A stretch of 64,000 bases of DNA. Source: Octopus bimaculoides. Taxonomy: Eukaryota. Numbering within the stretch: position 1 is the first letter of the stretch; each line of letters opens with the position of its first letter. The stretch spans positions 6,084,718-6,148,717 of the forward strand of contig NC_068992.1 of NCBI RefSeq assembly GCF_001194135.2, read 5' to 3'. Shown piece after piece: positions 26,415 to 40,010 of the stretch. A model generated the notes under the pieces. The model saw only the letters and a program-made list of their open reading frames with translations, had not been told where the DNA came from and did no database searches. Both the position numbers and the translations under genes were made by a program.

Positions 26415-27102
26415 TCCAGCTTATATAATACTGTAGAAACAGAAATAGTTGGAAGCGATTCAATTTCAGTCAGTAAAATTGTAAAGTTCTTCAAAGAAAT
26501 GGCATATTTTTAAAGGGAAATTGTAAACACGAAACCCAAAGAGAATAGTTGCTCTTGTAACGTTGCTTAACTTCGGTCCTTCCATTCGTCACATTCCTGT
26601 TACATCGCAATCAGGATATTAAAAACAATTTTTGTGTACAACGCTGTCTCAGGAAAACCGACAAATTATTTCATGACAGTTAAAATAAAGAGTCTCCTAT
26701 TGTGTTTCATAATTATATTAGTAAGTAATGTTACGAATATTCAAGTTGTTTTACGCCTCCTATGCTTATATACCATTAAGCAAACGTATGTGTGTGTTTG
26801 TGTTTAGAAGTCATGCAAGCTATACACTCGATACAGATACAGTCTTTGAATGTGAAGGAATTATATTTATAATTTTGTCATACAGGGACGCTCAAAACTT
26901 TTATATTCACTAACATTCACTGTCAAGCCTATAATGTCAAGAACAATATAGTGCTTCTAGTAACTGATCATTCATACATTTCTCTTTTGTAATCCGTCCA
27001 GTTTATATAAGAATAAAGTTGAAACAGAAATATTTGGAAGAAATTCAGTTTCAGTCTGTTGCAAAGATCTACGAAGAAATGCCATATTTCTCATGGAAAA
27101 TT
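26415..27102 (+). repeat. Pair of diverged ~105-bp direct repeats (26415-26524 and 26997-27102)
   Basis: tccagcttatataa...gaaacagaaatagttggaagcgattcaatttcagtc...aagaaatggcatattttt vs tccagtttatataa...gaaacagaaatatttggaagaaattcagtttcagtc...aagaaatgccatatttct. Confidence 0.8.
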
Positions 27103-28020
27103 CGAGATGGTATCCAAAATGTTCCCGGACTAGCTATGTTTAGTAAAAAATAACTTATTTACATAAGTCTTAGCATCATCTCCTTCGAAACAATTATCTT
27201 GCGCAGCACTACACCGGTCACATCATTTCTGCCACGTTAGGAGTCCGGCCTGGAAGTCGTTTTCCGTAAGCGTGTCGAGGACCTTCTGCAATTCACACTG
27301 GATCTGCACAACAATATTAGAACGGCGATTTTTGAGTTGTATCTTTTATCTTCGAAAAGAGACGGAAGACTGTAGGTGCTACCTCTTTCGAATTGGGCGA
27401 GTGCGTGCGGAAGCGATGTCTTGTTGTTTCGGGCGAGACACTCACGAGTGAGGAGAGTTCGATGACAGGGTGCATTGTCATCGTGAAGAACCCAATTCTT
27501 GTTGCTCCACAGATCCGGTCACTTTCGCTGGATTTCCTCCCTCAAACGCGTTAAAACATCGCAGTAGAACTCTCAACTGACGGTCTGGTCCTGGGGACGA
27601 ATCTCCATGCACAATACCACATTTCCGGGGGTGACGCTCGTGGCAGGTCTTCGACGTCGTTCATCGTCTTCCAGAGACGTTTTTCTCGCTTTCGAAACGC
27701 CCGCGGCGCTCGAAACATTGCATAAGATCCATTCCCTCGTGACTGTAAGCTTGCCGAAGCATGTTCAATATCTTTGTAGTAGACTTCCCGAGTTTAACAA
27801 TAGTTCGCGTTGACTCTTTGTTCCTGTCCATAACAAAATCACAGACTACAGAATACACGTGATCACAAAGACACAAATTTCACAACTTGCGAAGTAAACA
27901 CAGCAATATCACTCAGCACACTGCCTCATGAAGGTCACTGCTGGCTCTCATTGCACCCGCAACCGTGTGCTGCCATTTGTTGGCGCGCTACAGATCTAGT
28001 CCAGGAATTTTTTTATGGGA
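27103..28020 (-). mobile_element. Mariner DNA transposon, internally deleted, with both TIRs
   Basis: N-terminus IVKLGKSTTKILNMLRQAYSHEG...CFE (HTH) and PATSVTP. It then jumps to QTV..FYCDVLTRLREEIQRK*PDLWSNKNWVLHDDNAPCHR...LPH..PNSKEVAPTVFRLFSKIK (HHDNAPxH and YSPDLAP motifs). Imperfect TIRs aaaatgttcccggactag (27116-27133) and ctagtccaggaattttt (27996-28012). Confidence 0.9.
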
Positions 28021-28793
28021 GTGTGTGTGTGCGTGTGTATTTATGCTGGTACGCATATGAGTGCGATATTGTTTGTCTATGAATTTATTTAGATAAGTAT
28101 GGACGGATAGAAGTATATTTATACAAGTAGTAGACTAACATACACATAATAATTTAACCATTGATCAATCTAGATTAGTCGAAATAGATTTTTTTGCATT
28201 TGCTCACTACACCATATAAAGGAAGAGAATTATATGTAACTCACACTTAAATACACATTACGCCATAGAGATTATTGTATGAACTCTGAAATTTTGCTTA
28301 CATATAATTTTTGAAAAGAAGTCAGAGCAGCTTAAAAGTAACGGAATTTTTATATTTTCTCAACATCTGTTTCATTAGAAATAAACATAGTTAATATAAT
28401 AATTAAGTAATTATAAAACATGCGTAAATAAAATCAAATTAAATTCAAAATACTTTATTCAAATTGAATAAATTAATTAACTAATTTAAATTTAAATTGA
28501 TTTCCATTAATAATAAATGTTAATTAGAGAATTATACAATTAATTATGCTTATTTTAATGAAAGGACTTTCAAATGTAATCAAATTATGTATTAACTGTA
28601 AAATTTACGCTTTCCGCATTTTATTCTGAAAGAACATTTTGCTGTTATTGATCGCTTTAGACGTTTCGGTGTATAAATTCCTTTCCTAGACCTACTGCAA
28701 CCTTATAAAGTGGTGATGCTCACGCTCCCTGATTACTTGAGTGCATAATTAGCGTGCGTGTACATTTTTATATTTTGTTCTCCCTTTCTCTTC

Positions 28794-28853
<60 letters not shown>

Positions 28854-29735
28854 NNNNNNNNNNNNNNNNNNNNNNNNNNNNNNNNNNNNNNNNNNNNNNN
28901 NNNNNNNNNNNNNNNNNNNNNNNNNNNNNNNNNNNNNNNNNNNNNNNNNNNNNNNNNNNNNNNNNNNNNNNNNNNNNNNNNNNNNNNNNNNNNNNNNNNN
29001 NNNNNNNNNNNNNNNNNNNNNNNNNNNNNNNNNNNNNNNNNNNNNNNNNNNNNNNNNNNNNNNNNNNNNNNNNNNNNNNNNNNNNNNNNNNNNNNNNNNN
29101 NNNNNNNNNNNNNNNNNNNNNNNNNNNNNNNNNNNNNNNNNNNNNNNNNNNNNNNNNNNNNNNNNNNNNNNNNNNNNNNNNNNNNNNNNNNNNNNNNNNN
29201 NNNNNNNNNNNNNNNNNNNNNNNNNNNNNNNNNNNNNNNNNNNNNNNNNNNNNNNNNNNTATATATATATATATATATATATATATGAACCTATACACGC
29301 ACACAAACACATACATGTATAAGCATGTAAATAGATAGATAGATAGATAAAGAATAAAGAGAGAAAAAGAGATGTACATATACGAATATTTTTATTTATT
29401 AAAGGTAGAAACTTAAAATTTCAGTGAAGGCGGATTTGCTATCTATAATCTGGTCGAAGCTGCTTTTCTAAGCTTCGGAATTATATGTATCTGCCTGTGA
29501 GAAATATTGCACATTTTTTTCATATAGTATGGGAATTCATTGGTGAAACCTTGATTAATGAAAGGTTTGAAAAATGATTAGCAGTTCACAATGTAAATTG
29601 CCGCTCTCGTTGTAACAGAGGAAAGATAATTTCCTACAACACACGTGGTAAATTTCTTCATATATATCTATTATCTATTGTATACACGAGTCTTATACTG
29701 TTGTTGTAATTCTTAATCTTCTTCTTCTATCATTT

Positions 29736-29776
29736 TATTATTATCGTCATTATTATTATTATTATTATCATTATTA

Positions 29777-29861
<85 letters not shown>

Positions 29862-29874
29862 GATTACTATTATT
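29736..29874. repeat. (ATT)n/(ATC) compound microsatellite
   Basis: Direct reading. Confidence 0.97.
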
Positions 29875-30630
29875 AAACATTTGGTAGTTTCGGGCTAACT
29901 TCTACTGCATCATCACCTGCTACACCTCTGTATTGCTCGGTTGTGTGCTACATTGTGTATTCTTTTTTTTTTTTTTTTTTTTTTGTTGCTGGGTGAGTGC
30001 AAACACTTTCCTGTATTGCGTCAGTTTCTTGTGTTACAGACTTTGGTGGAGTCTATTTTTGTATTAATGTTTGTATTGAGAGTTGTGTGTGTTATGCTGA
30101 TAGTTATTTGTTTTATTAGATATTTGCTATATCTTGTGTTTCTGGTTTGTTTCATTTGGGTTGTATTATAGAATTCATAGACTTGCTGATGATGTGGGCT
30201 GTTCTTAGGAGAGCGATTTTTGGAGAGTGTGTAGTGTTGCATGCCCAAGGTTCCAGTTATTACTGGTTTCGTTTTCAACTTTATGCCCCACATCATGAAT
30301 ACATCAGTTTCAAGGTATTTATACTTTGAAAATTTCTCCACATTTTTTTTTACCAATAGTTTGGTCAGGGGAAACTGAAATGTCTATCATCAAGCAGATC
30401 TTTTTTTCCCCCAATCCTTGATTAAAATGTCTGGGGTTTAGTTTTATTTCTTTATCATTTATAACAGGCATATCCCACAGAAGATTGTCGCCTTGTCGTT
30501 ATCATGTACATTGTTTTACACATGATTATACCATTTATTGTCAGAGCTTATGTTGTAATGTTGGCATACTGTCCAGCTGATATAACTAATTTCTTGATCA
30601 TTTAATTATTTATTTATCATTGTTATTATT

Positions 30631-30690
<60 letters not shown>
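30631..30690. repeat. (ATC)20 microsatellite
   Basis: Direct reading. Confidence 0.97.
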
Positions 30691-30691
<1 letters not shown>

Positions 30692-31422
30692 CCTTCGTCA
30701 TTTCGTCCGTCTTTACTTTCTGAGTTGAAATTCAGTCGAGATCGTCTTTGCTTTTCGTCTTTTGGGAACTGAGAACCGCGCTCTCTTTTATGAGAAATCA
30801 TACAAATAGAAGTTGTAAGCTTCTAAAATTTGCGATAGTTGTTTAAATTAGATCCGATTGCTACAATCAGCTTTGGTTTCATTATAATATTCACGTAACG
30901 AGGAGCCTCTTATGAATTCCTCGTGTAAGCATAGGGGTCAATTGTGAAATATATAACTCTCTTTAATTAGATTAACATCATATCCTCATGGTTTCTTTGT
31001 GCCAGTAGATTTCTTAACAACGCCAATGAAATTTAATTTTATTTCAGATATCTTCATGAACATTGACCTTTGGAAAGACGCAATCATAAAATTATGAAAA
31101 CAAATTTGCAGTCACAGGTAATTAGGAAATATGCCATAGTTCATGTAAAATTATTAAATGTTTCATTAATTTTTTCTATTGTAATAGCTATTTTCTTATA
31201 ACAGTGCAATGATAGAATTTATATCAGAAAGTAAGAAAGTACACGGTTCACTAATGCATAATTATTCGCTACACACACACAACAACACAACAGAATCACA
31301 CAGACACAAATGTATATTTATATATGCATGTATTCATTTCCATGTGTACGTATATGTACATACATACATATATATGAATGTACAATCATACACATATATA
31401 TATATATGTATATATGTATATA

Positions 31423-31482
<60 letters not shown>

Positions 31483-31794
31483 AATTAAAAAAGTAAAGGT
31501 TTATCAATTTATTAATTTATTAATAAATCAACAATTAATAATTTTTACCAAGCCCTTCGGTATGTAAACACCATTATCGGTGGAGAACATATTTAAAAGT
31601 TCATATACATTTATAAACATAATTAAGGGATCAGCAAACATTTGCTTCACCACATACCGAAGTTCAGAAATAGCAGCTAAAAAAGCTGAGACTCCAACAG
31701 ATAATATATGCATATATACGTGAATGTACCTGTATGTATTTGTGTATGTATGGGTTGATGCAAACAGAAAAATACAACGGAATATGAGTATTGT

Positions 31795-31925
31795 TTTATT
31801 CTTTTACTAGTTTCAATCACCTGATGGTGGCCATGCTGGAGCACCACCTGTAGTCGAACAGATTGACCTCACGAGCTTATTCTTTGTAAGCCTAGTACGT
31901 ATCCTATCGGTCACGTGAACGACGT
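31795..31925 (-). mobile_element. SINE family B, 3' fragment
   Basis: ggccatgctggagcaccacctgtagtcgaacagattgacc...cttattctttgtaagcctagtac is homologous to 39700-39820 and 61310-61420. Confidence 0.8.
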
Positions 31926-32299
31926 GCATGAAGAATGCGTTATTTTGCATTATGAATATGTCTGCTAGTGTGTGTTTGTGCGTGTGTCTGCGTCTGTTTC
32001 TGTGTGTATTTGTGTCTGTATATGTATCGTATACGAAAAGGAGTGGGTATGTATTCATAATACGTCTATATCTACACGTATTCATGCTCAAATATGTGTG
32101 CCTTACTTTTTACTTCTATATTTTTTTCTAACTTTCGGCATACTTATTTTCTTTATTTCTCGTGTATATATTGCTTACACTTATTTATAACCTTCGGAAA
32201 TATAAAATGAAAAATTATCAGGTGATGAGGAATATTTTTACCATTTCTTCTGTCTTTTATGCAGTCTCTCCGTTCGTGCAAGATTTTTTTTTTTTCCAT

Positions 32300-33050
32300 T
32301 TTGTTATCGACATACATAGCCGCTCCTTTTCACATGACGTAATATTTTATCATTCCAGTGAATTCTCATTCACTCTACTGATCATTCTCTCTTTCAATCT
32401 GTCTCCTCTCTCTTCCTCTCTAACATGCAACTTCTTAGCCTCCGGGTCTGAGCAGTTAGCTTTCTCTCTCATCAAAACCATTAATTTCTAATTCCTACTG
32501 CTTCGTCTTTATTTAATATGCAATTCAAGCATTTATTGCTTTTTATCTCAATCGTCACGCCTTTGCAAAATCATATTCAGCAATCTCCTTTTGTTATAAG
32601 TTTCTGTAAAGCATTAAATATAGTTTCTGTCCTTCAGTTCGGATCTATAAAGCTTAAGACCATATATTTTTTTCGCACTCATTGACTTTTATCTATTCCA
32701 GTAGATAAGATGTACAGAGTATCCAGTTTCCAATGTGTACAACCGTATCTGTCATATGTAATGATTGCTGAGATTGATTCAGTTATCAAAGAAAAATCTT
32801 GTTTGGAAGCAACGTTAATTCCAGAGTGGGCAGGTAGAAGAATTTAACGATTTCACTTCATCCCTTGACTCAGCTATGTCATCCCCAGCTTCCATTATGC
32901 TCAACGAATTCTAGCCATCACTCGCATTGATATGTTTGGCAGTTCTCAGATATTATACTTTGAAGCTTACTGTTCCATCTTGATCCAATTTAGTTTCTAC
33001 CCTCTCACTCTCAAGCTCTGGTAAGTCAATTGGTCTACAGCAGGAATATT
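32300..33050 (-). mobile_element. Decayed RTE-clade LINE, ORF2 C-terminal part
   Basis: Minus-strand pieces in the correct order: SFK..SIISE, VMARI, LWN, YGCTHWKL. These match RTE FKYLGSIISE, EVxARI and LYGCETWxL. Many stops. Confidence 0.55.
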
Positions 33051-33476
33051 CATCCATGGCCTTTTCTTTACATGCTTTATCAGGCGCAAATTAAATCGCG
33101 GTAACCGTTGAAAGTGACAAAAGCGTTGGCGGTTTAATTCCACATTAACAGCTTCATATGTTCATTATGATTAATAGATTTAGAGAAATAATAGATTTAA
33201 CATGCAAGACATTCTAGAAAAGTTGGCGCCTTTATCAACATTGTTTACTTCATCCTGGGTGTAGCACTCACCAGACCCCGAGCAGTATTAACAACAACCT
33301 TTGTATCCACAGTAGCTACTTCCCCAGTCAATTTTATGTTCTGTAAATGTATGTCTTTGCTCAACATTCAGAAACAGTTTTCTCACCAATTAGCGATCAT
33401 CATCGAACTATTCACCTTTAGTTTTCGGAAATTCCTTGTACAAAATCTTGTTTTGTAGCACAACGTATCGACTCTG

Positions 33477-33532
<56 letters not shown>

Positions 33533-33611
33533 NNNNNNNNNNATTCGTAAACACAAAATATTGTAATCTCGGATAGCTGTTATGCGGGCTACATATATAT
33601 GTGTGTGTGTG

Positions 33612-33642
<31 letters not shown>

Positions 33643-33824
33643 GCTTGTACACTCACAAACATCCATCTATATGTTTCTATGCATATATCTGTTGATGTTC
33701 TCCAGTGATTATTGCTCTGTCAAATGACTGTGTTATTGATTGCTTTCGTGTTTATTACTGTCTGTTATTTAAATATATCTTATGGCTACTACGGTCTGTA
33801 TTGTTATCGCACAAGTCTTGCCGT

Positions 33825-33893
<69 letters not shown>

Positions 33894-34674
33894 NNNNNNN
33901 NNNNNNNNNNNNNNNNNNNNNNNNNNNNNNNNNNNNNNNNNNNNNNNNNNNNNNNNNNNNNNNNNNNNNNNNNNNNNNNNNNNNNNNNNNNNNNNNNNNN
34001 NNNNNNNNNNNNNNNNNNNNNNNNNNNNNNNNNNNNNNNNNNNNNNNNNNNNNNNNNNNNNNNNNNNNNNNNNNNNNNNNNNNNNNNNNNNNNNNNNNNN
34101 NNNNNNNNNNNNNNNNNNNNNNNNNNNNNNNNNNNNNNNNNNNNNNNNNNNNNNNNNNNNNNNNNNNNNNNNNNNNNNNNNNNNNNNNNNNNNNNNNNNN
34201 NNNNNNNNNNNNNNNNNNNNNNNNNNNNNNNNNNNNNNNNNNNNNNNNNNNNNNNNNNNNNNNNNNNNNNNNNNNNNNNNNNNNNNNNNNNNNNNNNNNN
34301 NNNNNNNNNNNNNNNNNNNNNNNNNNNNNNNNNNNNNNNNNNNNNNNNNNNNNNNNNNNNNNNNNNNNNNNNNNNNNNNNNNNNNNNNNNNNNNNNNNNN
34401 NNNNNNNNNNNNNNNNNNNNNNNNNNNNNNNNNNNNNNNNNNNNNNNNNNNNNNNNNNNNNNNNNNNNNNNNNNNNNNNNNNNNNNNNNNNNNNNNNNNN
34501 NNNNNNNNNNNNNNNNNNNNNNNNNNNNNNNNNNNNNNNNNNNNNNNNNNNNNNNNNNNNNNNNNNNNNNNNNNNNNNNNNNNNNNNNNNNNNNNNNNNN
34601 NNNNAAACGGAAAGGATTCTCCCATATAAGTAAATGCGTAGACATAACGATATGCGTGTGTGTATTATGTATAC

Positions 34675-34709
<35 letters not shown>

Positions 34710-34743
34710 AACATATATATGTACACTATATATATATACATAC

Positions 34744-34792
<49 letters not shown>

Positions 34793-34938
34793 CGTGCGTG
34801 TGATGCGTGTATTGTGTGATTTATGTATGTATGCATATATTTGTGCCGGAAACTGTATACATATGCGCGCACACACATATGCCCTCAAACACATACATAT
34901 ACACACACACACACGCATATATAGAGAGAGAGATGGTG

Positions 34939-34980
<42 letters not shown>

Positions 34981-34996
34981 GTGGATAGATAGATAG
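34939..34996. repeat. (GATA)n microsatellite
   Basis: Direct reading. Confidence 0.96.
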
Positions 34997-35081
34997 TTAT
35001 AGGTACATACATAGAAACATACGTGCATATATATGCGTATACCCACATACTCGCCCAACAAACACACATAACCTGGTACTT

Positions 35082-35125
<44 letters not shown>

Positions 35126-35691
35126 ACACACACATAATGACTCCAGTTTATATTTTAGTTTGCCGATATAACGTAATAAATCCGCTTCTTCTTCGTTCAT
35201 TTTGTACTCAGGGGAGTCTCATATAGAAATGATTGGAATTAAGTGTAATGCGGTGCGGTCCCGTGTTTTAGTAATTGTGTCTGTTACATCAGTGAAAATA
35301 GAGGTTTTTAATGTACACGTGTTCCATCTTGCCTCTAGGTTTATTGGTCAGTGTGTAATCAGTGTAATATCATATGACATCTGATCTCACGTGGTATCTT
35401 TTGAATAATTCTATATAGTTATAATAAACATGTGCTACTCTTTTTAATAAAGATTTAGTTCTTGTGTTGCATAATTAGCAGAGCCATCGACAAGTGTTTC
35501 TATGAAGGGGTCATTTCGAAAGTAATAATGACGAAGAATTTCCATTTAGTTTCCAGTTTGCATACACGTAGATCCATCACGAGCTCTCTTTATGTGGACG
35601 CAATACAGCTTAAATTTATGTCACAGCTTGTTCCAAAGCAATATTTGAAAGAAATGTTATTGCTTACAGTTATGTTTCATTTCATCTGTGC

Positions 35692-35752
<61 letters not shown>

Positions 35753-36987
35753 CATACATATATACATATATACCTGTGCGTGTGCCTGTGAGTGTGCGCG
35801 CGCGTATATATCACTTTGATTTAATTCCATAGATTATATTGCTTACTGCTTCGTCACGCTCGTGCTTAACACTCACTCCCATATATATATACATACATGA
35901 ACGCATATATACATACATACATATTTCTGTATTAAAAATGCGTTAACCTTATAAACGCGGGTGAACGTCACCAATTATTTAACCGAGGAACTCAGAGCAC
36001 TACAGGTAAGCCTTCCATCTCTGCGTCACGTGATAAATTTAACCATGCGCTACCAGCATTATTGAAGTCAGCTACTTTTACGTTACAATTATGGTTTGTC
36101 TTTGCATACACACACACACACACACACACACACATGCAGACACACTCACTTACACACTGAGACACACACACACTCACACATATTGAAGCAAGGATATTTT
36201 ATAAATTTCTTTAACTTTTAACTTACATATCGAATGAGGTCGTCTTCACATAGATAGCTTGCAAACTGTTTACTATAAAAATCACCAGTTGTCCTTTATT
36301 AAAACTTTTCAAATTTTAGTTGCCTCAATTTATAGCAACAATTTGAATAAAACTTACGCTCTCAGTGTAGATTAACAATTTATTCTCTCTACACATATCA
36401 ATTTGTTAGCGAATATTGAGCAAAGAATGCTGTCTCATACTTAAAGTTAGAACTTTGTTTACTCTCATTTTCTTCCTTTAAAAACATATATAATTATATA
36501 TTTCTATAATTTTATCAAAACAAATTTAAATATATCAAGAATTAATTTTATCTTCACAGCCATTGAACAAATTTATCAGGTACACTATTGCAATGTTTGA
36601 TAAAAACAAGTCCATAAAACATTTCATTATTTCACACCAGTTAGACTGTTAGACTGAAGCGAGACAATAATGAATATATCAAAAGGTGTAATAATGCATA
36701 TGGAGTTGACATATTTATGTTTGCCATGATAACACAATACACGTCCATTCAAGCATTAAAGTATACCACTTGCTGTGACCTCAAGATGGTAAATAGGAAA
36801 AATTTATTAATTCAAAGCCAATATACTCATCAGGAAATATCTGAAGTATATAAATTTTCGATCCAAGGAAACTGATAGTCTTGATTTATTACACAGAATT
36901 TTTAAGTGGTTGTCAACTAAAATGGTACTCTTCAAGCAACGAGTCCTAAGTGTTTGATATTTAAATTGTTTCCTGTACAGGAGCGTG

Positions 36988-37048
<61 letters not shown>

Positions 37049-39684
37049 GCAGAGAGAGGAGTGAGAGAAATGTTTATACACACACATGCACGCGCACACA
37101 CATGTATGCATATATATAAAAACATATATAAGTAGAGAGAGAGAGAGAGAGAAAGGGAATTCTCATAAAACAAAATGAATCACCGCTTAAATTAACAAAG
37201 CTACTATAGAAATCTGTGGTTCTGTGATCTGCCAGACATAATAATCAAAGCTCTCTGAAAGCAAATGAAGGTAGTAGAAGGTAATCCTTATTTCGCTGTA
37301 CACAGGGCCTGGTCCTGGAACTCATATGAATATATATCAGTTTTTTTCACTAACGATACTGAACATTTGAACGATTAACTGCTTAACTAAGGTGTTTAAC
37401 GCATTAGTTTGAAAAACTAGTAAAAAACGGCAGATCGATAGATCGGTTAACGGAATAGCTAACCCATTAACTAACAATAACAATAACGAACCGAAACAGA
37501 GCGTGCGTTTATTATTACCAGCAAAATGCCCCTCCCAAGGTCCAATATATATATATATATANNNNNNNNNNNNNNNNNNNNNNNNNNNNNNNNNNNNNNN
37601 NNNNNNNNNNNNNNNNNNNNNNNNNNNNNNNNNNNNNNNNNNNNNNNNNNNNNNNNNNNNNNNNNNNNNNNNNNNNNNNNNNNNNNNNNNNNNNNNNNNN
37701 NNNNNNNNNNNNNNNNNNNNNNNNNNNNNNNNNNNNNNNNNNNNNNNNNNNNNNNNNNNNNNNNNNNNNNNNNNNNNNNNNNNNNNNNNNNNNNNNNNNN
37801 NNNNNNNNNNNNNNNNNNNNNNNNNNNNNNNNNNNNNNNNNNNNNNNNNNNNNNNNNNNNNNNNNNNNNNNNNNNNNNNNNNNNNNNNNNNNNNNNNNNN
37901 NNNNNNNNNNNNNNNNNNNNNNNNNNNNNNNNNNNNNNNNNNNNNNNNNNNNNNNNNNNNNNNNNNNNNNNNNNNNNNNNNNNNNNNNNNNNNNNNNNNN
38001 NNNNNNNNNNNNNNNNNNNNNNNNNNNNNNNNNNNNNNNNNNNNNNNNNNNNNNNNNNNNNNNNNNNNNNNNNNNNNNNNNNNNNNNNNNNNNNNNNNNN
38101 NNNNNNNNNNNNNNNNNNNNNNNNNNNNNNNNNNNNNNNNNNNNNNNNNNNNNNNNNNNNNNNNNNNNNNNNNNNNNNNNNNNNNNNNNNNNNNNNNNNN
38201 NNNNNNNNNNNNNNNNNNNNNNNNNNNNNNNNNNNNNNNNNNNNNNNNNNNNNNNNNNNNNNNNNNNNNNNNNNNNNNNNNNNNNNNNNNNNNNNNNNNN
38301 NNNNNNNNNNNNNNNNNNNNNNNNNNNNNNNNNNNNNNNNNNNNNNNNNNNNNNNNNNNNNNNNNNNNNNNNNNNNNNNNNNNNNNNNNNNNNNNNNNNN
38401 NNNNNNNNNNNNNNNNNNNNNNNNNNNNNNNNNTATATACACACACACACACATACACATACACTTGTATGTGTGTATGCTTGTATTTATGTATGAAGGT
38501 GTAGCATTATAATTTGCTTTCTTTTAAAAAAATGTTTATCTTCCTTCTAAAATAAAATATTCCAGATGGTAAATAAAGCTTATGGCTTGTAAAGTCAATC
38601 GATTTATCAGATGACTTCTTTTTTCTTTTTCTTTTTTGTTCCTTCCACTACTTTATAATGAAATATATCTAGACTACAATGCATAATTTGTTTATTTACA
38701 TTCAGTAAGTTTTGATTACTTCTGCTTTTTCAGTCATCGCCATTGTGTTAAGGAAATTCAATATCACTGTAAATTCAAAAGAAAAAAAACAATAATGCAA
38801 AATAAATAAATCTAAGATTGATCAGTATTGCAAAATGAATAAAATAAGAAAAATATTTTTTACGACACAAAGGCACAAAAGGAACATAGATCAGAGTCCA
38901 TTTTCTCCACTGTGTATGTTTTATGTACATTTTTTGTGTTAGTTTGCTCACTTAAACAATCCAAATCATACGGCAGTGAAATTAAAGAAAATAACTATCT
39001 TTATTTTTTCTCCTTTTAATTTAAATATACGGCTATATTTTGTTTTTATATGTTTGAACTTGAGATGTATTTCCCTTTAGATTCTGGAAATGTGGAGTAA
39101 AAATTGTCATGAACTATATAGAATTACACTTCAAAGAAGCTTCAAACACATCGTGATGATATGCAGAGTTATATATTGAGAATACAGTTGTTAAACGAAT
39201 ATATATGTTTGTATTAAATACAGCAACTTTAGCATCCTATACCCCATGATGCATGTCATCGACGCGTACATCCATAATATAAAATCTCTAGCCTGTACAA
39301 AAGAAATACTTCCTCACCAAAAAGAAAATGCATGAAGTAAAAAAACTGTGGGGATTTCTATATTTATGACTCCTTAACAAATCTAATCAGGCACATTAAA
39401 TTAAAACGTATGTACCATCAAAGTTCCATAGGGTAAAGTCCAAAAGGCTATCCAAACAGGATGTAGACAATAGAACGATTGCACACTGCGAAAAGGTGAA
39501 CAAGTCAGGACACAATCAAAATGAGACGTCTACTCCTAAGAAGGATATCTCATTTGCGACTAAGTGATTTGGGGTTGGGCTCCACTGAGTCACACCCTCA
39601 CCAAGTGCCTTGTTCTGTGCCACCGTGCTGGTCAAATTCTTCTGAATAAACTTGGTTAACAGAGCCAATGTGGAAGCCCGATGC

Positions 39685-40010
39685 ATTCTTTTATTCTTTC
39701 ACTTGTTTCAGCCATTTGACTGCGACCTTGCTGGAGCACCACCTTAAAAAGTGTTAGTCGAAGAGATCGACTGTACGACATATCCTTTCCGAGCTTAGTA
39801 CTTATTCTATCGGTGTGTTTTGCCAAAGTGCTAAGTTTCGGGGAAACCAGCATCAGTTGTCAAACGATGGCGGGGGGACAAACACAGACACACAATTATA
39901 TACATATATAGATACATACGACGGCTTCTTCCAGTTTCCGTCAATTAAATCCACTGACAAGGCTTTGGTCGGCCCGAGGCTATAGTAGAAGACCCCACCA
40001 AGCGCCTCCG
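39685..40010 (-). mobile_element. SINE family B with internal (TA)/(TG) microsatellite, near full length
   Basis: Minus strand in order: gtcttctactatagcctcgggccgaccaaagccttgtcagtggatttaattgacggaaactggaagaagccgtcg, then TA/TG repeat, then tgtgtctgtgtttgtccccccgccatcg...gtcgatctcttcgactaacac...ggtggtgctccagcaaggtcgcagtcaaatggctgaaacaagt. Confidence 0.85.

Noticed and set aside
30186-30296. CTGATGA plus a 10-bp inverted repeat (ATGATGTGGG/CCCACATCAT)
   Set aside because: No GAAA core for a hammerhead and no terminal box D for a C/D snoRNA. A single 10-bp inverted repeat can arise by chance.
35992-36105. Minus-strand NCNVKVADFNNAG, resembling a kinase DFG region
   Set aside because: It lacks the Gly, has no acceptor, and the frame begins in a TG microsatellite.
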